Part shown: piece by piece, positions 40,901 through 54,437 of the stretch | Numbering within the stretch: position 1 is the first letter of the stretch | How the letters are laid out: each line of letters opens with the position of its first letter | NCBI RefSeq assembly: GCF_023055435.1 | Contig: NW_025964346.1 | Span: forward strand, 2,108,001 to 2,172,000 | DNA length: 64,000 nt | Origin: Haliotis rufescens | Taxonomy: Eukaryota | Reading direction: 5' to 3' | Translations under genes and position numbers: made by a program | The notes under the pieces: generated by a model | Seen by the model: the letters and a program-made list of their open reading frames with translations, nothing else | Databases searched by the model: none | Told to the model about the DNA's origin: nothing

Positions 40901-41267
40901 CTACAACCCTCCCCATGTCACTACAGCCCTCCCCATGTCACTACAGCCCTCCCCATGTCACTACAGCCCTCTCCCCATGTCACTACAACCCTCCCCATGT
41001 CACTACAGCCCTCTCCCCATGTCACTACAGCCCCCTCCCCATGTCACTACAGCCCTCCCCATGTCACTACAGCCCTCTCCCCATGTCACTACAACCCTCC
41101 CCATGTCACTACAGCCCTCTCCCCATGTCACTACAGCCCCCTCCCCATGTCACTACAACCCTCCCCATGTCACTACAGCCCTCCCCATGTCACTACAGCC
41201 TCTCCCCATGTCACTACAGCCCTCTCCCCATGTCACTACAGCCCTCCCCATGTCACTACAGCCCTCA
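37957..41267. repeat. 20-22-bp C-rich minisatellite CCCCATGTCACTACAGCCCT with expanding poly-C runs
   Basis: Direct reading; source of the three >1100-aa pseudo-ORFs. Confidence 0.95.
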
Positions 41268-41386
41268 TTCTGTCAGTCTCAGATACCGGACTGCCTGACT
41301 TAGTCTCAGATACCGGACTGCCTGACTTAGTCTCAGATACCGGACTGCCTGACCTAGCCGGACATCTTGCTGATATTTGTCTGCAG

Positions 41387-41491
41387 ATTAGAGACACACG
41401 ACCCTGTGTCCTCTGACGTTGTCCAGGTTTTCGTCTGGCAAACACTGGTCCAGGTGAGCTACACTTCTTGTCACAGGGCCCCAGTGGTCTG
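41387..41491 (+). CDS. Gene B exon (phase 2-2), start of module copy 1: (R)LETHDPVSSDVVQVFVWQTLVQVSYTSCHRAPVV(W)
   Basis: Acceptor tatttgtctgcag|, donor ctg|gtatct (a competing donor cag|gtgagc at 41453); DPVSSDVVQV resembles gene A DPTAASPPDVVTQV. Confidence 0.7.
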
Positions 41492-41765
41492 GTATCTGCT
41501 GAACGTGACGGGAGTGGCAAGTCTGTCGGCAATCAGATTACTAGGATACTTCACCAACTTGTCAGCGGAACTGGACACACTTGTGCTTTATGGAACCTGT
41601 TTACCTTCAATTGCCACCTTGTTGGAAAGAGATGTCCGTGTTTGTTGCCAGCTCTGTCAGTAGACCGCCCCCTCACACAACGCACACAACGCACAACGCA
41701 CACATCAACTCAGGGGATCAGAACCGAGTTGTTTATGTTGTATAATGAAGCAGCTTGAGTGGGGA

Positions 41766-41918
41766 CCTTGACGACATCCTTGATGACAACCTTGACGACA
41801 TCCTTGACGACATCCTTGATGACATCCTTGATGACATCCTTGACGACATCCTTGACGACATCCTTGACGACATCCTAGACGACATCCTTGACGACATCCT
41901 TGACGACATCCTTGATGA
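41766..41918. repeat. 12-bp array GACGACATCCTT abutting an acceptor
   Basis: Direct reading; last copy ends catccttgatgaag|. Confidence 0.95.
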
Positions 41919-41920
41919 AG

Positions 41921-42161
41921 GAACTCGCATGTGGACAGCATCTTCATTGAAAGAATAAAGAAGTTATCTAAGTCAAGTCTTCATGGATACTACAGCATCA
42001 TACTGAGTTCAAAGTTCAGTGACTACTGGGAGCTTGATCTATCTTCCCAAACTGGTGTCCACAAGACACTACTGCTTGTATGCTTCGCAGACCATTGTGA
42101 TGTCATCAGTTACAGTGCTCACAATCAAGTGACATCACAAATCTCTCGGCTGCTGGGGCTG
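41921..42161 (+). CDS. Gene B exon (phase 2-0): NSHVDSIFIERIKKLSKSSLHGYYSIILSSKFSDYWELDLSSQTGVHKTLLLVCFADHCDVISYSAHNQVTSQISRLLGL
   Basis: Splicing creates PVVWNS (gene A PCMWDS); GYYSIILSSKFSDYWELDL aligns without gaps to [19 protein letters not shown]. Both sites are weak; an alternative phase-0 donor lies at 42077. Confidence 0.7.
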
Positions 42162-45100
42162 GTTACCTGTACTGTTTACACACATGACACTTGTTATTAC
42201 TGTTTACACACATGACACTGGTTATTACTGTTTACACACATGACACTGGTTATTACTGTTTACACACATAGCACTGGTTATTACTGTTTACACACATGAC
42301 ACTGGTTATTACTGTTACCCACATGACACTGGTTATTACTGTTTACACACATGGCACTTGTTATTACTGTTTACACACATGACACTGGTTATTACTGTTT
42401 ACACACATAGCACTGGTTATTACTGTTTACACACATGGCACTTGTTATTACTGTTTACACACATGACACTGGTTATTACTGTTTACACACATAGCACTTG
42501 TTATTACTGTTTACACACATGGCACTTGTTATTACTGTTTACACACATGACACTGGTTATTACTGTTTACACACATGACACTGGTTATTACTGTTTACAC
42601 ACATGGCACTTGTTATTACTGTTTACACACATGACACTTGTTATTACTGTTTACACACATGACACTTGTTATTACTGTTTACACACATGGCACTGGTTAT
42701 TACTGTTTACACACATGACACTTGTTATTACTGTTTACACACATGACACTTGTTATTACTGTTTACACACATGACACTTGTTATTACTGTTTACACACAT
42801 GGCACTGGTTATTACTGTTTACACACATGGCACTGGTTATTACTGTTTACACACATGACACTTGATATTACTGTTTACACACATGACACTTGTTATTACT
42901 GTTTACACACATGGCACTGGTTATTACTGTTTACACACATGGCACTGGTTATTACTGTTTACCCACATGACACTGGTTATTACTGTTTACACACATGACA
43001 CTTGTTATTACTGTTTACACACATGACACTGGTTATTACTGTTTACACACATAGCACTGGTTATTACTGTTTACACACATGACACTTGTTATTACTGTTT
43101 ACACACATGGCACTGGTTATTACTGTTTACTAACATGACACTGGTTATTACTGTTTACACACATGGCACTGGTTATTACTGTTTACACACATAGCACTGG
43201 TTATTACTGTTTACACACATGACACTGGTTATTACTGTTTACACACATAGCACTGGTTATTACTGTTTACACACATGACACTGGTTATTACTGTTTACAC
43301 ACATAGCACTGGTTATTACTGTTTACACACATGACACTGGTTATTACTGTTTACACACATGACACTGGTTATTACTGTTTACACACATGACACTGGTTAT
43401 TACTGTTTACACACATAGCACTGGTTATTACTGTTTACACACATGACACTGGTTATTACTGTTACCCACATGACACTGGTTATTACTGTTTACACACATG
43501 GCACTTGTTATTACTGTTTACACACATGACACTGGTTATTACTGTTTACACACATGGTACTTGTTATTACTGTTTACACACATAGCACTGGTTATTACTG
43601 TTTACACACATGGCACTTGTTATTACTGTTTACACACATGACACTGGTTATTACTGTTTACACACATGACACTTGTTATTACTGTTTACACACATGGCAC
43701 TTGTTATTACTGTTTACACACATGACACTGGTTATTACTGTTTACACACATGGCACTTGTTATTACTGTTTACACACATGACACTGGTTATTACTGTTTA
43801 CACACATGGCACTTGTTATTACTGTTTACACACATGACACTGGTTATTACTGTTTACACACATGGCACTGGTTATTACTGTTTACACACATAGCACTGGT
43901 TATTACTGTTTACACACATGACACTTGATATTACTGTTTACACACATAGCACTTGTTATTACTGTTTACACACATGACACTTGTTATTACTGTTTACACA
44001 CATGGCACTTGTTATTACTGTTTACACACATGACACTGGTTATTACTGTTTACACACATGGCACTTGTTATTACTGTTTACACACATGACACTGGTTATT
44101 ACTGTTTACACACATGGCACTGGTTATTACTGTTTACACACATAGCACTGGTTATTACTGTTTACACACATGACACTTGATATTACTGTTTACACACATA
44201 GCACTGGTTATTACTGTTTACACACATGACACTTGTTATTACTGTTTACACACATGGCACTGGTTATTACTGTTTACACACATGGCACTGGTTATTACTG
44301 TTTACACACATGACACTTGATATTACTGTTTACACACATGACACTGGTTATTACTGTTTACACACATGACACTTGATATTACTGTTTACACACATAGCAC
44401 TGGTTATTACTGTTTACACACATGGCACTTGTTATTACTGTTTACACACATGACACTGGTTATTACTGTTTACACACATGGCACTGGTTATTACTGTTTA
44501 CACACATAGCACTGGTTATTACTGTTTACACACATGGCACTTGATATTACTGTTTACACACATAGCACTGGTTATTACTGTTTACACACATGGCACTGGT
44601 TATTACTGTTACCCACATGACACTGGTTATTACTGTTTACACACATGACACTTGTTATTACTGTTTACACACATGACACTTGTTATTACTGTTTACACAC
44701 ATGACACTTGTTATTACTGTTTACACACATGGCACTGGTTATTACTGTTTACACACATGGCACTGGTTATTACTGTTTACACACATAGCACTGGTTATTA
44801 CTGTTTACACACATGACACTGGTTATTACTGTTTACACACATAGCACTGGTTATTACTGTTTACACACATGACACTGGTTATTACTGTTTACACACATGA
44901 CACTGGTTATTACTGTTTACACACATGGCACTGGTTATTACTGTTTACACACATGGCACTGGTTATTACTGTTTACACACATGACACTGGTTATTACTGT
45001 TACCCACATGACACTGGTTATTACTGTTTACACACATGGCACTTGTTATTACTGTTTACACACATGACACTGGTTATTACTGTTTACACACATGGTACTT

Positions 45101-47595
45101 GTTATTACTGTTTACACACATGACACTGGTTATTACTGTTTACACACATGACACTGGTTATTACTGTTTACACACATGGCACTGGTTATTACTGTTTACA
45201 CACATGGCACTGGTTATTACTGTTTACACACATGACACTGGTTATTACTGTTACCCACATGACACTGGTTATTACTGTTTACACACATGGCACTTGTTAT
45301 TACTGTTTACACACATGACACTGGTTATTACTGTTTACACACATGGCACTGGTTATTACTGTTTACACACATGACACTGGTTATTACTGTTTACACACAT
45401 GACACTGGTTATTACTGTTACCCACATGACACTGGTTATTACTGTTTACACACATGGCACTTGTTATTACTGTTTACACACATGACACTGGTTATTACTG
45501 TTTACACACATGGTACTTGTTATTACTGTTTACACACATAGCACTGGTTATTACTGTTTACACACATGGCACTTGTTATTACTGTTTACACACATGACAC
45601 TGGTTATTACTGTTTACACACATGACACTGGTTATTACTGTTTACACACATGACACTTGTTATTACTGTTTACACACATGGCACTGGTTATTACTGTTTA
45701 CACACATGGCACTGGTTATTACTGTTTACACACATAGCACTGGTTATTACTGTTTACACACATGACACTGGTTATTACTGTTTACACACATGACACTGGT
45801 TATTACTGTTTACACACATGGCACTTGTTATTACTGTTTACACACATGACACTGGTTATTACTGTTACCCACATGACACTGGTTATTACTGTTTACACAC
45901 ATGGCACTGGTTATTACTGTTTACACACATGACACTGGTTATTACTGTTTACACACATGACACTTGTTATTACTGTTTACACACATGACACTTGTTATTA
46001 CTGTTTACACACATGGCACTGGTTATTACTGTTTACACACATGGCACTGGTTATTACTGTTTACACACATAGCACTGGTTATTACTGTTTACACACATGG
46101 CACTGGTTATTACTGTTTACACACATGACACTGGTTATTACTGTTTACACACATGGCACTTGTTATTACTGTTTACACACATGACACTGGTTATTACTGT
46201 TACCCACATGACACTGGTTATTACTGTTTACACACATGGCACTGGTTATTACTGTTTACACACATGACACTGGTTATTACTGTTTACACACATGGCACTG
46301 GTTATTACTGTTACCCACATGACACTGGTTATTACTGTTTACACACATGACACTGGTTATTACTGTTACCCACATGACACTGGTTATTACTGTTTACACA
46401 CATGGCACTGGTTATTACTGTTTACACACATGACACTGGTTATTACTGTTTACACACATGGCACTGGTTATTACTGTTACCCACATGACACTGGTTATTA
46501 CTGTTTACACACATGACACTTGTTATTACTGTTTACACACATGACACTGGTTATTACTGTTTACACACATGGCACTTGTTATTACTGTTTACACACATGA
46601 CACTGGTTATTACTGTTACCCACATGACACTGGTTATTACTGTTTACACACATGGCACTGGTTATTACTGTTACCCACATGACACTGGTTATTACTGTTT
46701 ACACACATGGCACTTGTTATTACTGTTTACACACATGGCACTGGTTATTACTGTTTACACACATGACACTGGTTATTACTGTTTACACACATGACACTGG
46801 TTATTACTGTTTACACACATGACACTGGTTATTACTGTTTACACACATGGCACTTGATATTACTGTTTACACACATGGCACTGGTTATTACTGTTACCCA
46901 CATGACACTTGATATTACTGTTTACACACATGACACTTGTTATTACTGTTTACACACATGACACTGGTTATTACTGTTTACACACATGACACTGGTTATT
47001 ACTGTTTACCCACATGGCACTTGTTATTACTGTTTACACACATGGCACTTGATATTACTGTTTACACACATGGTACTTGTTATTACTGTTTACACACATG
47101 ACACTTGTTATTACTGTTACCCACATGACACTGGTTATTACTGTTTACCCACATGGCACTGGTTATTACTGTTTACCCACATGGCACTGGTTATTACTGT
47201 TTACACACATGACACTTGTTATTACTGTTTACACACATGGCACTGGTTATTACTGTTTACACACATGACACTTGTTATTACTGTTTACACACATGGCACT
47301 TGTTATTACTGTTTACACACATGACACTGGTTATTACTGTTTACACACATGGCACTTGTTATTACTGTTTACACACATGACACTTGTTATTACTGTTACC
47401 CACATGACACTGGTTATTACTGTTTACACACATGGCACTGGTTATTACTGTTTACACACATGACACTTGTTATTACTGTTACCCACATGACACTGGTTAT
47501 TACTGTTTACACACATGGCACTGGTTATTACTGTTTACACACATGACACTTGTTATTACTGTTTACACACATGGCACTGGTTATTACTGTTTACA
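42159..47595. repeat. 28-bp minisatellite CTGGTTATTACTGTTTACACACATGACA, ~190 copies, beginning at the putative donor
   Basis: Direct reading. Confidence 0.95.
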
Positions 47596-47671
47596 AACTG
47601 AAAAAGTTGGAAGAATGAGTTTGGATAATAACTAGAAGACTTGGAGTTTTAAACTTTATTAACTCCGGTAG

Positions 47672-47776
47672 ATATATCTGATATCCAGTCACTGGTTTGA
47701 GAGTCTCGACAGAACCTGTATGCCTGACCTATCTCCGGGTGGGAGGCTATACACTATACACAAGCATTCAAATATG
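47672..47776 (+). CDS. Gene B exon (phase 0-0): IYLISSHWFESLDRTCMPDLSPGGRLYTIHKHSNM
   Basis: Acceptor ttattaactccggtag|, donor atg|gtatat, 105 nt; RTCMPDL resembles RACIPEM of gene A. Confidence 0.7.
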
Positions 47777-48344
47777 GTATATATGACCTAGTTGGTGTGT
47801 ATGGCAGCATACAGCGATGTCCATCTCTCCTTTCTATGACCCTGGTTGTAAATAATGGGCTATATTGTCGTGGTGTACAATGAGCGTAGTCCTGCGTGAG
47901 CTGGAGATATACATCTAGATCAGCAGTAGGCCTGTGCCAAACACTAATATTTTCCGCTCTCTGATTTTCCATGCTTCCAGGTGAGATGAAGAGATGAGAG
48001 GAATTTGTGTTCGGCCTGATGAACATGATAAAGTATGTTTTATAAATTTCTGATTGCAATTGTTGGCTTGAAGTCGTTGGGCGCCCGGAGGTGAGAGGGA
48101 AAGCCAGGCAGTGGTGTACACAGCAGTAAACCTATCTCCTTGTATCGTGTAATGCATACCTCATTTGGTTTACCTGCCTCAGGTGTGGAGAATAATGTGG
48201 CTATTGTCACGGGTCTGTTGTCAGCCGGGCTGGGCGAGATGCAAGGTAGATACTGGAGACGGAGGTAGACTCACACGGCCTCTGTTGCCGTATCTCAACT
48301 ACTTTCAACAACTCTTGACTGTTCTCAACTGCGAGACTCAACTC

Positions 48345-48900
48345 GTCTCAACTTTTCTCTCACTCTCGCACCCGCTGCAATTCTCAACTACCATCAATTT
48401 TTCTCTCACTCTCAACTTTTCTCAAGTATTCTCTCTCTCAACTTTTCTCTCACTCTCAACTTTTCTCAAGTATTCTCTCACTCTCAACTTTTCTCTCACT
48501 CTCAACTTTTCTCAAGTATTCTCTCACTCATTTTTTCTTGACTATTTTCTCGCTCTCAACTTTTCTCGACTATTCTCTCACTCTCAATTTTTCTCAAGTA
48601 TTCTCTCACTCTCAACTATTTTAACTATTCTCTCACTCTCAACTTTTCTCAAGTATTCCGAAGACCTAGGTTCAATTCCCGACATGGGTACAATGTGTGA
48701 AGCCCATTTCTGGTGTCCCCCGCCGTGATATTGCTGGAATATTGCTAAAAGCGGCGTAAAACCATACTCACTCACTCACTCTCAAGTATTCTCTCACTCT
48801 CAACTTTTCTCAAGTATTCTCTCACTCAACTTTTCTCGACTCTTCTCTCACTCTCAACTTTTCTCACTCTCACAGCTGCTGCAACTCTCACAACTCTCTC
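48345..48900. repeat. Degenerate CT-rich array (TCTCACTCTCAACTTTTCTCAAGTATT)
   Basis: Direct reading. Confidence 0.85.
48659..48780 (+). mobile_element. 5'-truncated tRNA-derived SINE (family 2)
   Basis: Pol III B-box GGTTCAATTCCC, tail GGAATATTGCTAAAAGCGGCGTAAAAC + (ACTC)n, inserted in the CT-rich array. Confidence 0.85.
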
Positions 48901-49049
48901 AGTTCTCACATTCTGCTTTGTTGCAACTCTATTGTCATGAGGTATGTGGAAACAAAACCATCCTAAGTGATTTTGACAAAATGTGGAATTTTTAGCTTCA
49001 CAAGCATATCTCCCCCTTCATTAACAAGTACCTAATGGAATGGAATCTC

Positions 49050-49888
49050 CGTTTTGTGATACATGCTGAGGCCACATGGCAGCCACATCGACAGTGTCGC
49101 TCCCAGACATCTCTGCGTTGTGATATATGCTGAGGCCACATTGACAGTGTCGCTCCCAGACATCTCCGTGTTGTGATATATGCTGAGGCCACATTGACAG
49201 TGTCGCTCCCAGACATCTCCGTGTTGTGATACATGCTGAGGCCACATTGACAGTGTCGCTTCCAGACATCTCCGTGATGTGATATATGCTGAGGCCACAT
49301 GGCAGCCACATTGACAGTGTCGCTCCCAGATATCTCCGTGTTGTGATATATGCTGAGGCCACATGGCAGCCACATTGACAGTGTCGCTCCCAGACATCTC
49401 CGTGTTGTGATATATACATGGCAGTCACATTGACAGTGTCGCTCCCAGATATCTCCGTGTTGTGGTATATGCTGAGGCCACATTGACAGTGTCGCTCCCA
49501 GACATCTCCGTGTTGTGATATATGCTGAGGCCACATGGCAGCCACATTGACAGTGTCGCTTCCAGACATCTCCGTGTTGTGATATATGCTGAGGCCACAT
49601 GGCAGCCACATTGACAGTGTCGCTCCCAGATATCTCCGTGTTGTGATATATGCTGAGGCCACATGGCAGCCACATTGACAGTGTCGCTATCAGATATCTC
49701 CGTGTTGTGATATATGTTGAGGCCACATTGACAGTGTCCCTGCCAGACATCTCCGTGTTGTGATATATACATGGCAGTCACATTGACAGTGTCGCTCCCA
49801 GACATCTCCGTGTTGTGATATATGCTGAGGCCACATTGACAGTGTCGCTCCCAGACATCTCCGTGTTGTGATATATGCTGAGGCCACG
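49050..49888. repeat. 53/64-bp minisatellite (GTGTTGTGATATATGCTGAGGCCACATTGACAGTGTCGCTCCCAGACATCTCC)
   Basis: Direct reading. Confidence 0.95.
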
Positions 49889-50239
49889 TGAATATGGGGA
49901 CCTCTTTTCCCCATGAGTGTTATTGTCTGCTGTATTTCAGACACTAAATGAGAACATGCAGTCAGTGCCTGAGAGATTTGGAAAATACTGGATCATTGGG
50001 TTAGATTTAACATTTCAAATATTTTCTCGTTATTTCGAGGGGTTTTGTCAAAACTTGAAATTTTGCGAAATATTTGAAATAACAAGAAAATAATTGAAAT
50101 AATGAGTAAGTAATTGAAGTAACAAGAAATTTTGATATAAAAAAAATTAAATAATGCTACCAAAGTGGTACTATAAGCTTTAGTAAGATTTAGAGCAAAC
50201 TGAACCTTTGAAATTAGATTTAGAGCAAACTGTTCATTT

Positions 50240-50475
50240 GGTTCGTCGTTTGTTGTTTAACGCTGCACTCAGCACTATTCCTGCTATATGACGGCGGTCT
50301 GTAAATAATCAAGTCTGGATGAGACAATCCAGTGATTGACATCATGAGCATCGATCCATGCATCTGGGACACAATGTATATATTAAGTCAGTGAGCCTGA
50401 CCATCTGATCCCGTGAGTCGCCTCAAGCGACCCTGACCACCTGATCCCGTTAGTTGCCTCTTATGACAAGCATAT
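50240..50475 (-). mobile_element. SINE-like family 1 copy
   Basis: Collinear similarity with 22853-23062 (GTCTGTAAATAATC..GACAATCCAGTG..GACATCATGAGCATCG..GTGAGCCTGACCA). Confidence 0.8.
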
Positions 50476-50513
50476 AGTGCAAACTGGATCATTGAGGTTA
50501 GATTCAGAGCAAA

Positions 50514-51780
50514 CTACCAACTATTTGTGTATGCTGCATACTGTACCAACTATTTGTGTATGCTGCATACTGTACCAACTATTTGTGTATGCTGCATACT
50601 GTACCAACTATTTGTGTATGCTGCATACTGTACCAACTATTTGTGTATACTGCATACTGTACCAACTATTTCTGTATGCTGCATACTGTACCAACTATTT
50701 GTGTATGCTGCATACTGTACCAACTATTTGTGTATGCTGCATACTGTACCAACTATTTGTGTATGCTGCATACTGTACCAACTATTGTGTGTACTGCATA
50801 CTGTACCCACTATTTCTGTATGCTGCATACTGTACCAACTATTTGTGTATGCTGCATACTGTACCAACTATTGTGTATACTGCATACTGTACCAACTATT
50901 GTGTATACTGCATACTGTACCAACTATTTCTGTATGCTGCTTACTGTACTAACTATTTGTGTATGTTGCATACTGTACCAACTATTTGTGTATACTGCAT
51001 ACTGTACCAACTATTTCTGTATGCTGCATACTGTACCAACTATTTCTGTATGCTGCATACTGTACTAACTATTTGTGTATGCTGCATACTGTACCAACTA
51101 TTTGTGTATGCTGCAAACTGTACCAACTATTTGTGTATGCTGCAAACTGTACCAACTATTGTGTATACTGCATACTGTAACAACTTTTTCTGTATGCTGC
51201 ATACTGTACCAACTATTTGTGTATGCTGCAAACTGTACCAACTATTTGTGTATGCTGCATACTGTACTAACTATTTGTGTATGCTGCATACTGTACCAAC
51301 TATTTGTGTTTACTGCATACTGTACCAACTATTTGTGTATGCTGCAAACTGTACCAACTATTGTGTATACTGCATACTGTCACAACTTTTTCTGTATGCT
51401 GCATACTGTACCAACTATTTATGTATGCTGCATACTGTACCAACTATTTGTGTATGCTGCATACTGTACCAACTATTTCTGTATGCTGCATACTGTACTA
51501 ACTATTTGTGTATGCTGCGTACTGTACCAACTATTTGTGTATACTGCATACTGTACCAACTATTTCTGTATGCTGCATACTGTACTAACTATTTGTGTAT
51601 GCTGCGTACTGTACCAACTATTTGTGTTTACTGCATACTGTACCAACTATTTGTGTATACTGCATACTGTACCAACTATTTGTGTATACTGCATACTGTA
51701 CAAACTATTGTGTATACTGCATACTGTACCAACTATTTGTGTATGCTGCATACTGTACCAACTATTTGTGTTTACTGCAG
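50514..51780. repeat. 29-bp minisatellite TACCAACTATTTGTGTATGCTGCATACTG, ~44 copies; the last copy forms the acceptor
   Basis: Final unit reads ...tttgtgtttactgcag| where internal units read ...ctgcat. Confidence 0.95.
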
Positions 51781-51986
51781 GCACTGAGAGAAGACAACGA
51801 TGAATCGACGCCCTGTTTCAGAATCCGGAAGGTGACACCAGAGCAGATGGAAGTCCTCATGTTGGCGGCACTGGTCCTATCAGGATCTAGTTGCTATGGA
51901 GATGAGATGGCATCACACCTGTTGCTGTTGGATAAGCTGCCAGAAGGAATCAGTGCCAAGAACCAACTGCCCCTTGTCATCAGAAC
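51781..51986 (+). CDS. Gene B exon (phase 0 start, runs into N-gap): ALREDNDESTPCFRIRKVTPEQMEVLMLAALVLSGSSCYGDEMASHLLLLDKLPEGISAKNQLPLVIR
   Basis: Strong acceptor, open frame; LREDNDESTPCFRIRKVTP resembles FQEDAEDEARVSFRLQTP of gene A exon 9. Confidence 0.8.
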
Positions 51987-52267
51987 NNNNNNNNNNNNNN
52001 NNNNNNNNNNNNNNNNNNNNNNNNNNNNNNNNNNNNNNNNNNNNNNNNNNNNNNNNNNNNNNNNNNNNNNNNNNNNNNNNNNNNNNNNNNNNNNNNNNNN
52101 NNNNNNNNNNNNNNNNNNNNNNNNNNNNNNNNNNNNNNNNNNNNNNNNNNNNNNNNNNNNNNNNNNNNNNNNNNNNNNNNNNNNNNNNNNNNNNNNNNNN
52201 NNNNNNNNNNNNNNNNNNNNNNNNNNNNNNNNNNNNNNNNNNNNNNNNNNNNNNNNNNNNNNNNNNN
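51987..52267. other. Assembly gap (N run)
   Basis: 281 N. Confidence 1.
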
Positions 52268-52520
52268 TTAACATATACAGCCCCTGGTCTCTATACAAAC
52301 ACCTGTTAATGACCAGTCAAGCATCTATATTACATATACAGCCCCTGGTCTCTATACAAACACCTGTTAATGACCAGTCAAGCATCTATGTTAACATATA
52401 CAGCCCCTGGTCTCTATACAAACACCTGTTAATGACAAGTCAAGCATCTATATTACATATACAGCCCCTGGTCTCTATACAAACACCTGTTAATGACCAG
52501 TCAAGCATCTATGTTAACAT
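52268..52520. repeat. 60/62-bp tandem repeat, ~4 copies visible after the gap
   Basis: ACATATACAGCCCCTGGTCTCTATACAAACACCTGTTAATGACCAGTCAAGCATCTAT recurs. Confidence 0.9.
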
Positions 52521-52577
52521 CAGCGGCTTTGTTAGACATCATCCTATTGTGTGACCCTGTGAGACTATCTGTCCCAG

Positions 52578-52667
52578 ACATCAGGCTGGACAATGAACAC
52601 ATTGACCGGAGTAAACATTGTCCACTTGACAGACCCATGGTCAAGTTGCTGTGGGTGATGTTGGACA
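52578..52667 (+). CDS. Gene B exon (phase 1-1; acceptor may be further upstream in frame): DIRLDNEHIDRSKHCPLDRPMVKLLWVMLD
   Basis: Acceptor tatctgtcccag|, donor aca|gttagt; CPLDRPMVKLLWVM resembles CMWDSTAKLLEMM of gene A exon 2. Confidence 0.6.
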
Positions 52668-53034
52668 GTTAGTGTCAGGGAGATGGTCAAGTTGTTGTGG
52701 GTGATGTTGGACAGTTAGTGTCAGGGAGATGGTCAAGTTGTTGTGGGTGATGTTGGACAATTAGTGTCAGGGAGATGGTCAAGTTGTTGTGGGTGATGTT
52801 GGACAGTTAGTGTCAGGGAGATGGTCAAGTTGCTGTGGGTGATGTTGGACAGTTAGTGTCAGGGAGATGGTCAAGTTGTTGTGGGTGATGTTGGACAATT
52901 AGTGTCAGGGAGGTGGTCAAGTTGCTGTGGGTGATGTTGGACAATTAGTGTCAGGGAGATGGTCAAGTTGCTGTGGGTGATGTTGGACAATTAATGTCAG
53001 GGAGATGGTCAAGTTGTTGTTGGTGATGTTGGAC
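52637..53034. repeat. 46-bp minisatellite: last 31 nt of the exon + donor + 15 nt of intron, ~8.5 copies; followed by (ACTC)n to ~53160
   Basis: Unit ATGGTCAAGTTGTTGTGGGTGATGTTGGACA|GTTAGTGTCAGGGAG. Confidence 0.95.
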
Positions 53035-53223
53035 TCACTCACTCACTCACTCACTCACTCACTCACTCACTCACTCACTCACTCACTCACTCACTCACTC
53101 ACTCACTCACTCAACCACCCACTCACTCAAACACCCACCCACCCACTCACTCACTAACTCACCCTCTTCACTGGGACACCAGGAGCCATTCCCTGACCAG
53201 AGTTACCATGCCCTGACATGCCC

Positions 53224-53615
53224 TGGTCGTCTTGCAAGCCAACAACAGAACACTGACAGACGATGGTCGTCTTGCAAGCCAACAACAGAACACTGACAGA
53301 CGGTGGTCGTCTTGCAAGCCAACAACAGAACACTGACAGACGGTGGTCGTCTTGCAAGCCAACAGCAGAACACTGACAGACGATGGTCGTCTTGCAAGCC
53401 AACAACAGAACACTGACAGACGGTGGTCGTCTTGCAAGCCAACAACAGAACACTGACAGACGGTGGTCGTCTTGCAAGCCAACAACAGAACACTGACAGA
53501 CGGTGGTCGTCTTGCAAGCCAACAACAGAACACTGACAGACGGTGGTCGTCTTGCAAGCCAACAACAGAACACTGACAGACGGTGGTCGTCTTGCAAGCC
53601 AACAACAGAACACTG
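53224..53615. repeat. 40-bp minisatellite, ~10 copies
   Basis: GGTCGTCTTGCAAGCCAACAACAGAACACTGACAGACGGT. Confidence 0.95.
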
Positions 53616-54437
53616 AAGTCTGCAGGTCACACCAGTAATTTGCTGAGCAAATTTCTTGGCACGTCATAAGAACTTCCAGCAATACAAGATTCATGACAAG
53701 GACACTCTTTGTTTAAAATCCATACAGTACCTAACAAGAAGTGAAGCAAATTCAAAGATTACATCAACTCCTTTATTGGAGCTGACTTGACCAAATTCTT
53801 TCTCATCAGACGAGTGTTCCTGTGTTTATCGTGCTCCTGCTGGGAGTGTCCGTCATGTCGAGGACAAACTGACTGAGGTGTTGTCACCTCCTCACAGCTC
53901 TGGCTTCCTGTCAATAATACCACAGAGTCGTTAATCTTGGGGTCTCGTGGAGCCGTGACGCGAGCTGTCAGGACTGACCGCTGGTAGTAGGTATCATGTC
54001 CGTCCTGTAATTTTCTGAGATGCTGCAAGGTGCGAGAGTCACACGTTCTCCCATCTCTGATTAGATCTGCGCCTTGTGCAATGGCTGTCCGCCCAACATG
54101 GCCTCGTTAGGACTCACTAATTGCAGACAAGAAAAGGTCAGCCTGCTGCTCCGCCAGCTTCCCTCACTGTATTTCATTGTGATGTATCGGGGACTAAATT
54201 GGTTGCAACATTAACGTGTATCGATGAGAGATTGTTTTCTGGCTAGTCAATTTACAAGCCACTTCAGAAAGTTATGGTCCTCAAATTGGAGATTAAGAAG
54301 ACGCTAATTGCAATCAGGATATCCACTCAGAAAGTTTCCTTTTCTCATTTCTTATGAATGTTATCATTGATATACTTTAATGAGAAAACAGATACAAACT
54401 TTTAATGTGATTATCAATTGATTTGATGGTGTTTCAG

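Noticed and set aside
37866-41416. Three >1100-aa Pro-rich ORFs
   Set aside because: All three frames translate the same 20-22-bp minisatellite; it lies in a predicted intron of gene B.
47981-48032. Strong plus acceptor ttccatgcttccag| with a downstream donor
   Set aside because: Stops in all three frames; at most a poison or non-coding exon.
51847-51900. MEVLMLAALVLSGSSCYG as signal peptide/start of a separate gene
   Set aside because: The upstream part of the exon is open, in phase with exon 47672, and aligns with the module's C-terminal block, so it is more likely internal; not fully excluded.
53810-53990. Plus-strand exon candidates (DECSCVYR.., LWLPVNNTTES..)
   Set aside because: No good in-phase donor, and the order conflicts with the exon at 54438.
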